From Eledone cirrhosa (taxonomy: Eukaryota), in the NCBI GenBank assembly GCA_964016885.1, contig OZ024757.1, forward strand, positions 434,001 through 498,000: 64,000 nt of DNA, in the 5' to 3' direction. Below the pieces are notes generated by a model, which was given only the letters and a program-made list of their open reading frames with translations, did not search any database and was not told the origin of the DNA. Every line of letters starts with the position of its first letter. Within the stretch, counting starts at the first letter, position 1. Positions 54,498 to 64,000 of this stretch are shown piece by piece. The position numbers were made by a program, and so were the translations under genes.

Positions 54498-56203
54498 GTA
54501 GTAGTAGTGAAATAACAAGGAATGATATCAGAGGTTATTGACTACTGGTAGTGATATAACAAGGAATGATATGACAGGTTATTGACTACTGGTAGTGATA
54601 TAACAAGGAATGATATGACAGGCTATTGACTAGTAGTAGTGAAATAACAAGGAATGATATGAGAGGTTATTGACTACTGGTAGTGATATAACAAGGAATG
54701 ATATGACAGGCTATTGACTACTGGTAGTGATATAACAAGGAATGATATGACAGGCTATTGACTAGTAGTAGTGATATAACAAGGAATGATATGGCAGGCT
54801 ATTGACTACTGGTAGTGATATAACAAGGAATGATATGACAGGCTATTGACTACTGGTAGTGATATAACAAGGAATGATATGACAGGCTATTGACTACTGG
54901 TAGTGATATAACAAGGAATGATATGACAGGTTATTGACTACTGGTAGTGATATAACAAGGAATGATATGACAGGCTATTGACTACTGGTAGTGATATAAC
55001 AAGGAATGATATGACAGGCTATTGACTAGTAGTAGTGATATAACAAGGAATGATATGGCAGGCTATTGACTACTGGTAGTGATATAACAAGGAATGATAT
55101 GACAGGCTATTGACTACTGGTAGTGATATAACAAGGAATGATATGACAGGCTATTGACTACTGGTAGTGATATAACAAGGAATGATATGACAGGCTATTG
55201 ACTAGTAGTAGTGATATAACAAGGAATGATATGGCAGGCTATTGACTACTGGTAGTGATATAACAAGGAATGATATGACAGGCTATTGACTACTGGTAGA
55301 GATATAACAAGGAATGATATGACAGGTTATTGACTACTGGTAGTAGTGATATAACAAGGAATGATATGAGAGGTTATTGATTAGTAGTAGTGATATAACA
55401 AGGAATGATATGACAGGTTATTGATGACTGGGAGTGATATAACAAGGAATGATATGACAGGCTATTGACTACTGGTAGTGATATAACAAGGAATGATATG
55501 ACAGGCTATTGACTACTGGTAGTGATATAACAAGGAATGATATGACAGGCTATTGACTACTGGCAGTGATATAACAAGGAATGATATGACAGGTTATTGA
55601 CTACTGGTAGTGATATAACAAGGAATGATATGGCAGGCTATTGACTAGTAGTAGTGATATAACAAGGAATGATATGACAGGCTATTGACTACTGGTAGTG
55701 ATATAACAAGGAATGATATGACAGGCTATTGACTACTGGTAGTGATATAACAAGGAATAATATGACAGGTTATTGACTACTGGTAGTGATATAACAAGGA
55801 ATAATATGACAGGTTACTGACTACTGGTAGTGATATAACAAGGAATGATATGAGAGGTTATTGACGAGTGGTAGTGATATAACAAGGAATGATATGACAG
55901 GCTATTGACTAGTAGTAGTGATATAACAAGGAATGATATGACAGGCTATTGACTACTAGTAGTGATATAACAAGTAATGATATCAGAGGTTATTGACTAC
56001 TGGTAGTGATATAACAAGGAATGATATGACAGGCTATTGACTACTAGTAGTGATATAACAAGGAATGATATGACAGGCTATTGACTACTGGTAGTGATAT
56101 AACAAGGAATGATATGATAGGCTATTGACTACTGGTAGTGATATAACAAGGAATGATATGAGAGGTTATTGACTACTGGTAGTGATATAACAAGGAATGA
56201 TAT
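54498..56203. repeat. 44-bp satellite, about 39 copies
   Basis: Same unit and same flanks as 33370-36143. Confidence 0.98.
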
Positions 56204-56468
56204 GTGATAAAAAGGCAAATAATTATGTCTTCTAATTAATCTCTCAAGGAAATGGAGAAATTATTTAAATATAAAGATCTAGAGGTAGAAACAATTCAAA
56301 TGTGGATGGTGAAAACAGAAACAATACCTGTAATAATAGTTGCTCTGGGAATAAAAACAAAACAGAAAGACACATAACAGAAACCTCACAACTTACACAC
56401 ACACATATATATATATACAACAGAAAGTAACACTACTAGGTACTACACATATATTACATAGAGTACCC
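56204..56468 (+). mobile_element. RLE retrotransposon fragment, paralog of 36144-36478
   Basis: KEMEKLFKYKDLEVETIQMWMVKTETIPVIIVALG ... QKVTLLGTTHILHRV. Confidence 0.75.
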
Positions 56469-58078
56469 CAGGACTTACATATATATGATCGTGTCCACAA
56501 GACATGTATCAGACGGTGTTTCAGCTAACTCTATTAGAACCCTATTATGTACAGCCACCAACAAATGTCCCTTCACCATCAAAGCAGCTCCCTCATATAC
56601 AGATACACAATCCCTACTTGGCTGGCTAATCTCGACAGTCATAATTGTTTCTACTTTGGGCACAAGGCCAGCAATTATCACAGTGTATTACTGGTACTTT
56701 AGTCAATGAAACGAAACCCACGTTTAAATAAGTTTCAACCATAAGTAGATGAAGTGAATTAATTTGAAAGAGATTTATTAGACTAAAACGACGATAACTT
56801 TAATTTACTTCAAACAGCGAGGTACAGTTAAATATAAAATATATTTTATAATATAAGGTAGTAAATAACATAATTAAATAGACAGAGGTAATTGAAATAA
56901 TAAAGATATCTTTAATTTACTTCTAACAACGAGGTACAGTTAAATATAAAATATATTTTAGAATATAAGGTAGTAAATATAAATAGACGGAGGTAATTGA
57001 AATAATAAAGATATCTTTAATTTACTTCTAACAACGAGGTACAGCTAAATATAATATATATTTTATAATATAAGGTAGTAAATAACTTAATAAATAGACG
57101 GAGGTAATTGAAATAATAAAGACAGTCATGATAACAATATATTTTATATTACATGTTACAGTGGAATCTGTCTATTGAAAAATAACCCATTTCAGTTTGG
57201 AAGTATTTTTCTCTATATATAAAATGACGAGGTTGAAATATCTTCTCCCAATGTTGTTATATAATTACTGTATCGTTGAAAGGTTCACATAATTCTATTT
57301 TTTACATACATTTATATAGACTTCAAATGAATCTTTATCAACTTACCTCCTTCACATATAATCAATGTGTTGTGTTGTTAGTTTTTTTCCCAAACAACAA
57401 AAGAAATAATCTCTTTGTTGTTAAATTAGAAATTTCAAAGATGTTATCAGCTTTATTTCAGGACATCAACGTTGGTGTAACTTCTTCATATTTAGTCATG
57501 AATTGATATCTTGTCAGAATAAAGTAGTGATGCCGACTTTATGTCTTTAGCCAGAGATTTGATAGGAAATATGTATATATTAGGTTGATATGTGGTTTAA
57601 ATATATATATATTGTCCACAAATGACTGATAGCAGATATTCTGGTGAAATAGTCGTTTTTCTACTACAGATTATAATGGAACTCTGAGTAGACACAATTG
57701 TAAACTAAGAATAGATATGACAGTGTAAGACTGATGTCAGGGAAAGAAAATGTGTGTGTATATATATATATTTAATTGTTACGCAAGATATAATTAGACT
57801 AATTAAAGTTGTAATTAAGACCGCAGGTACGCGGTGTCGTTGACAATATTTCAACTTTCTTACCGGTGTCGTACGTTAAAAGTCCCTGATATAATTTAAT
57901 CCATTCAAACACATTTCCAATCGTATGTAATTGATGGTAAATCGAAAGGTGATATGCAAGGCCGACTGTTGGTCTTATTAATACAACTTTGCCCGGACCT
58001 GTGCCTCAGAGGTAAACTTTCTAGGTGCAAATCACATGGGCATTTGTGACCAAAGGGGGTCTTTGATATATATATATA

Positions 58079-59900
58079 TTGTTATACTTGGGGAGGGTCA
58101 TATTTGTGTAATATTGCCAGAATTAATAACAGAACACACTCACTGTTTGGTTGGTTTTCACTTCTCGCTTCTGTGTCTTTTATATCGGTAATCTAACTTA
58201 CTCGGTCCTCAATGCTGCCATTGACTGACCGACGGTCAAAAATAATACAGATGCAATATAGACACAAACACATATATATAGTTTATCATAAATCTTTCGT
58301 TGCACATCTGCAACATCGTCAGTGGTGTTATATTATCCTCCTGTTGTATTGTATGTCTACGTCATTTTTATTCAGTCTGTCTATATATTTATTTTATTCA
58401 GTCTGTCTATATATTTATATATTTTATTCAGTCTGTCTAATACAGGTAGTCTACTGTTAGGGTGTTTGGAAGGGAAGTCGATAGTTACAGTTATACTCTG
58501 GTGTATGGAATTAGCTATCTGCTGGATGCTTTCCATCGTGCTACGTTCTAAATCAAACTTGTTAGTGCTCTCTAGTGGGGGTGTTCTTATAACTATATTG
58601 ATATCGTCTACATAACGAGAGTACATGATGAGGTCTAGGGAGTTCTCATTAAGGAGATCTTTAAGTCTCCTTTCCCACCATACCATGAAAAGGTTGGCAA
58701 CATCACCAGCTATGCTGACGCCGATGGCTGCTCCCTCATTTTGGGTGTAGATCTTCTCGTTAAACTTAAATATGTGGCCCTTTAGGGTAGTTTTGATACT
58801 AGCCCCTATTGCATGTGCGACCATTTTTCTTACCTGATCATTGTTTTGGGGGGTCCGTATAGCTTTGGTCCACCCAATCCACCTTGCCATGGGAGTCTTT
58901 TTTGCCATAGAGGTTATGGTGGGGGGTCTACCTCTTATAGGTCTACTAGGGCAGAAACATCTAAGGTCCTGGCTGTCTAGGTAGTCAGTGTCGTAGGTAA
59001 GTCTAAGTAGGAGGCCCAGTTCGTATGTGTCGACGTCGCAGAACTCCACCTCACTCTCAATGATCATCTCCACACATCTTTTCACAGCAAAATCAATGTT
59101 AATGGATGGGTACCGTGACACCACATCCATGCTGCCTATTATGCAGTTGGATAGGTTCCGGTTTTTGTTGCACTCACTGATTCTGCTGAGGAGGTCCTCT
59201 GTACTGTCACATACATCTAGGGACATCTTCATTATGGGGCGTATAACCATTGAGAGGAAGTAGGAGATCCTGTAGTTGCTAGCTATATTAGCTCCGCATA
59301 CGGGTCTTGTTGGTGGTCCTGTTGTCGAGTCGTCGACTGTCTTGTGGTCTTTGCGGAGCCCATACAAGGGTGGTATGCCATTGTTAGATGCTGGAAGTTG
59401 TTGGCAGTGCGTCTGCTTGGCTTTAGGATGTCAGTCCACATCATCATGTGAGCGTTGAGGATTTTCTCTCTCCCATCGTGTGTTTGTTGTGCAATTTCGC
59501 TCGTGTTGGTGATGTGGGGTTGCATAGCCTTGATGTAGTTCGGCATGCTATCTATTGACATCCTACCAGACTTATCCGTGGGTAGGCATACTACCTCACC
59601 ATCCCTTGTGCGCTGCTTGAGGCCAACCAAGCCTTCTACAGGTTTCCTCCCAAGTTGTTGGGCCTCTGGTCTGCTCTGTCTCTTAGTATACCTGTCTACT
59701 ATTTGTCTAATCTTATTTCTAGCTATGGTGAACTGTGCCTCTGTCTCGTCATCTATTTGTTGTGGTATGCAAACTCTTTTATTATTATTATTTTTTTTTG
59801 TGGGGGGGGGGGGAGAGGCAATATTACACAAATATGACCCTCCCCAAGTATAACAATATTTGTTTCGACACACGATTTCATGTAAGAAACCTCGCAAAAC
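58079..59900 (-). mobile_element. Penelope-like element (N-terminal region plus RT, endonuclease deleted) with an inverted copy of its 3' terminus at the 5' end
   Basis: PTDKSG, YGLRKDHK, RPVCGA, SMDVVSRYPSI, TQNEGAAIG, YSRYVDD, LPVLD. A 43-bp inverted repeat at 58076-58118 and 59817-59859; inserted in (TA)n with an empty site at 38261-38270. Confidence 0.9.
58281..58330 (-). ncRNA. Hammerhead-like motif in the Penelope 3' terminal repeat
   Basis: Minus strand CUGACGA-U-GUUGCA-GAUG-UGCAAC-GAAA-GAUUUA: perfect 6-bp stem II, weak stem I. Confidence 0.5.
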
Positions 59901-61385
59901 TAATATATATATATATATATATAAAATAGAGGTGTAACACACGAGTTGTGATATATTAGTAAAAAGGAAAAGAAAATGCTGACAAATTTTTCCCAGTGAA
60001 AAATAGTTTAATTAGGAATAAGTATAAATTAGTAATAAGTATTAATTAGTATTCAGTTTTAGTTTTAAGTTTTTACCGATTGCGCATTTCTTATGCTTTT
60101 CAAAAATAATTTTGAGATAGAGTGCTCGTGATTTTTGCTCTAATCTGATCAGTTTTGGAAATTCTTCCTGTTTTATGTGAAAAAAGTAGCTTGAGAGGCA
60201 TTAAAATTTGGTTGGTTGTTGAATGTCACGTGAATAAACACTATAAAATTCGCGCCAATTCGTGTGGCAAAAATTCTTGTAGTAAAAACAATTTTGATTG
60301 GTCGGTAGAAGTCACGTGAATGTTTAAATTGATTTTAGCGCGAGCTGGTTTCGCGCCAAATGTAGGTTTGTCGAAGAATGTCCTTTTCCGCTTGATTGAG
60401 TTGCAGTCATTTTGAGGGGTCAACAGTTCAGGTGTCTTTTAAGACAAATATGTGTGTGTAGCAAAGTGGTTCATTTGTTGTGATAATGGAAATGAATCGG
60501 TCAGTAGGAATGTATGTGTGTGTGGGGGGGGGGGTAACAAAGTGGTTCAGTTGTGATAAGGGAAATGAATCGGTCAGTAGGAATGTGTGTGTGTGTGTGT
60601 GTGGGGGGGGGGTTATTTTAACATGTTGAAACATATTTTTCAGCTCTTGTCTTATACGTAGAAGTGTGTGTGTCTGTCTGTATGTTAGTGTTCGAGTGTG
60701 TGTGTGTATGGACCAGTATTTTTGTGGTACTGGTAAAAATGGCGTACATTATATTCGATAATTTCAGTCATTTGCAAAAACGATTCTCTCAAAAGAACAT
60801 CAATAACATCAATAATAAAAGAGGTGAAATGATGTATAGTATTGTCATAACAACAAGGCGTGTGTGAGTCCAGATTGTACGTACTGCAAGGGGAATCCAT
60901 TAGGCCCTGCCGTATGGGATACTTGTGTACAAATATGTATGCACCCATCATTGTGCAATACATGTGTGTGTATGCGTATGTGTGCGTGTCGGCACGTGTG
61001 TATCTATAAACATCAAAAGGTATGCGAATTTGTGTATATTTGTGTTGCACCATAGAACATGTGTGTTTACGTATGTCATTGTGTTTATATGTGGATAGAA
61101 ATGTATGTAGGATGTATGCTGATGTAGGTATGTATGTCAACGTGTGTATGTTGTGTGTTCGTCTTAGGAAGAAGTGTTTAGACGGGGTCCGTATTTGTTA
61201 ATAAAGTAAGATTCTTTATATATATATATCAATGATATTAATAGATGGAAGCTATATTTATATAGCCATATTTATTCTATTATATATATTTCAAGAATCA
61301 GACCTTAACGGTTCAAGTTCCAGACGGAACTTGAACCGGTGAAGTCTCATTCGTGGGTATGTCACTATTTATAAAACAAACTTTG

Positions 61386-61446
61386 TATTTTATCTGATGA
61401 GTGTGTAGCAAATTTTTGGTACCATTGAAATATATATAATAGAATA
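61386..61446 (+). ncRNA. Paralogous hammerhead with a decayed stem II, inside the paralogous inverted element (about 61226-61570)
   Basis: Stem I and the CUGAUGA/GAAA core are intact; stem II has four mismatches. Confidence 0.5.
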
Positions 61447-61615
61447 AATATGGTTTTATAAATAGTTTCCATTTATTGATATCATTGATATTATACTCCA
61501 GAAAACCAGTCGAGTGCTCTGAATCTGTTATAAATATATCTGTTGAATTACCAACAAATTAAATATCACTTTGCTTATATATATATGTATATATAAACAT
61601 GCATATATATATATG

Positions 61616-61693
<78 letters not shown>

Positions 61694-62739
61694 AACATAC
61701 ATATATATATACATACATACATATATATATATACATACATTGAAGACCTCACACTGTCATGAATGTATGACAGACCTCACTCTGTCATACATATATTTAG
61801 ATATGAATGTATGAATATGTATATATAAATATATATACATATATATACGATAGCATGGGTCAGACTAGTCATCCTGTTGTGAAACAAGTCAGATCAGACG
61901 ACCATTTCTTGCTCACAAACCATTTCTGCCTTGCTTTCTATTGCTGGATGGTCTTCCTAACACCAACCACATTTACAAGGTGGACTGTGCAGTTATTGTT
62001 GTCTCATGTCACTAACATGACCACTCTACAGGGTGGACTGGCTACTTCGAGCTAGCGTGATTGCATGTATCAACACGATGATACAATATAACAGGAAGAC
62101 GGAAGAAGAGGTGAAGCATAGAAATAAACAATATGACTTACTGTGTGTGTGTGTCTATTCTTAGTATACGTTATTCGTCTCAAGGACTGCTGGTTCGATC
62201 TGGCTGTTTGGCTGTAGTCTATGTAAGATGTCAACAGTGTCAACAGTGCCACCACCAACTACAAACATGACTTAGAGTTACCTACCTTAGAGTGTGTACA
62301 AACACAATACCCTCAAACTGTATGGAGGTGTTTTTGTTCAAGGGCTAAATATTAAGTAGATATGACATACACACAGAAGAGATATAAAGTATGTATGACA
62401 AAATGTGCTGCAGCCAATAGAGGAGAGAGCAGGTGTTGATATTAAAGCAGGTGTGTGTTGTTGGTTAATGTTGATTGAACAGGTGTTGTTTACTGGTTTT
62501 AGTAGTACCACTTGTCATATAGGAGAGAGACGTTCAATACTGAAGCTTGTGTTTGTTGCTTTAGTGTCAGCTACTATGTTGATTGTAAATGAGGCTAATT
62601 AGTCATTTACACAGGTGAAAAAACTATATATTTTCACCTGTCTCAAAGTCCAGCTGTAGGCAGAGGTAAGCACTGTGATGACGAGAACCATTTTAGTTTG
62701 AAATGCAGAGACAAATATACTCCTTGCCTTTGCTGAATT

Positions 62740-62753
62740 CCACTAGATGGCGC
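62740..62753 (+). promoter_or_regulatory. CTCF consensus-matching site CCACTAGATGGCGC
   Basis: Matches CCASYAGRKGGCRS. Confidence 0.6.
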
Positions 62754-62877
62754 TGGCTGTCAGTCTTCTATTTATAACTGAGGCTTTCAAAATGTTTATT
62801 TATTAAACATGCCGTATATCTTAGATGTAGTAAATTCACACATACACACACACACACATATTATATATATATATGGG

Positions 62878-62981
62878 AAAAGAGTCAGGACCCCGACGGC
62901 TGAGTTCTGGCCGTTTTGACAGCTAGTTCAGATCCATCTGTCAAAACGGCCAGAACTCACCGTCGGGGTCCTGACTCTTTT
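62878..62981. repeat. GC-rich long inverted repeat, paralog of 44886-44979
   Basis: aaaagagtcaggaccccgacggctgagttctggccgttttgacag / ctgtcaaaacggccagaactcaccgtcggggtcctgactctttt. Confidence 0.93.
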
Positions 62982-63061
62982 CCTATTACCCACTCTACTA
63001 CCCTAAGTATCGAGTACTCTGGTGTGTTATGGTCCACCTGGTTCCTTACCACACTTTCTTC

Positions 63062-63114
<53 letters not shown>

Positions 63115-63297
63115 ATATGTACGGATAAAATTTGTTTGTGTGGATCAGTGTACAAACAAAAATAAGTAAGATTGCTTACCAAAGTATTTTTCTTGACATG
63201 GTCTTTGTATATTGTAAGATGCAGCGACCTCACCTCGAACTTTGAAATCTTTCTGATGAAATGTAGTATTTTATGTATTGCTAGTGACTGCGCATAA

Positions 63298-63476
63298 TAA
63301 TTGTTTCTACTTTTGGCACAAGGCCAGCAATTAACCAGTACATTACTGGTACTTTATTTTATCGACCCCGTAAGGATGAAAGGCAAAGTTAACCTTGGCA
63401 GGATTTAAACTCAGACCGTAAAGGGTTGTAACTATGCTAGAAAGCATGGCTTCCAACCCTCTACCGATACTGCCAA
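63298..63476 (-). mobile_element. tRNA-derived SINE
   Basis: Paralog of 45262-45451, more diverged. Confidence 0.8.
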
Positions 63477-63588
63477 TTGTGCATAATAATAATATGTAAC
63501 CAGCAGTTGAAGACTGATATTGTATTGAAACATGGGTTAAAGAATGGACTTTGATTAAATTCTTCTCTTCTAACCTATACTTCATGCC

Positions 63589-64000
63589 TAGTGACATTGG
63601 GGTGAAGACAATACCTACTAGGGTGAGATAGTGTCATTGGGGTGAAGACAGTAGCTACTAGGGTGAGATAGTGACATTGGGGTGAATACAGTAGCTACTA
63701 GCGTGAGATAGTGACATTGGTGTGAAGACAGTAGCTACTAGGGTGAAATAGTGACATTGGGGTGAAGACTAGCTACTAGGGTGAGATAGTGACATTGGTT
63801 GGAAGACAATAGCTACTAGGGTGAAATAGTGACATTGGTGTGAAGACAGTAGCTACTAGGTTAAGATAGTGACATTGGGGTGACAACAGTAGCTACTTGG
63901 GTGAGATAATGAAATTGGGGTGAAGACAATAGCTACTAGGGTGAGATAGTGACATTGGGGTGAAGACAATAGCTACTAGAGTGAGATAGTGACATTGGTG
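63589..64000. repeat. 40-bp satellite array C, start of a third cassette, runs off the window end
   Basis: Same entry junction as array B (ctaacctatacttcatgcc|tagtgacattgggg). Confidence 0.97.

Noticed and set aside
58076-59859. DNA transposon defined by 43-bp terminal inverted repeats
   Set aside because: The interior encodes a Penelope RT, not a transposase; inverted terminal copies are a known Penelope insertion structure, and copy 1 lacks the second arm.

Overview
AT-rich animal genomic DNA, not prokaryotic. The C2H2 finger style ([11 protein letters not shown]...HTGEKP) and the RTE-LINE, tRNA-SINE and Penelope content look like a cephalopod (Octopus-like) C2H2 zinc-finger cluster; this taxon call is an inference. 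The window is a tandem segmental duplication. One cassette reads: 40-bp satellite array, RTE remnant, C2H2-ZNF gene on the minus strand, AT minisatellite, dead RTE LINE, 44-bp satellite, RLE retroelement fragment, promoter-like region, hammerhead-bearing inverted element, CTCF-like site, long hairpin, SINE. It occurs twice (non-satellite parts about 23830-45567 and 46678-63588) and a third copy begins at 63589. Points of most interest: the two ZNF paralogs have near-identical flanks but reshuffled finger arrays (21 vs 11 intact fingers); the 40-bp array is >23.8 kb in one cassette and about 1.1 kb in the other; there are hammerhead ribozyme motifs; the same Penelope-like family inserted independently into each cassette; and a 560-bp segment was copied locally with a 70-bp duplication. 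All alignments were done by eye, so boundaries are approximate.
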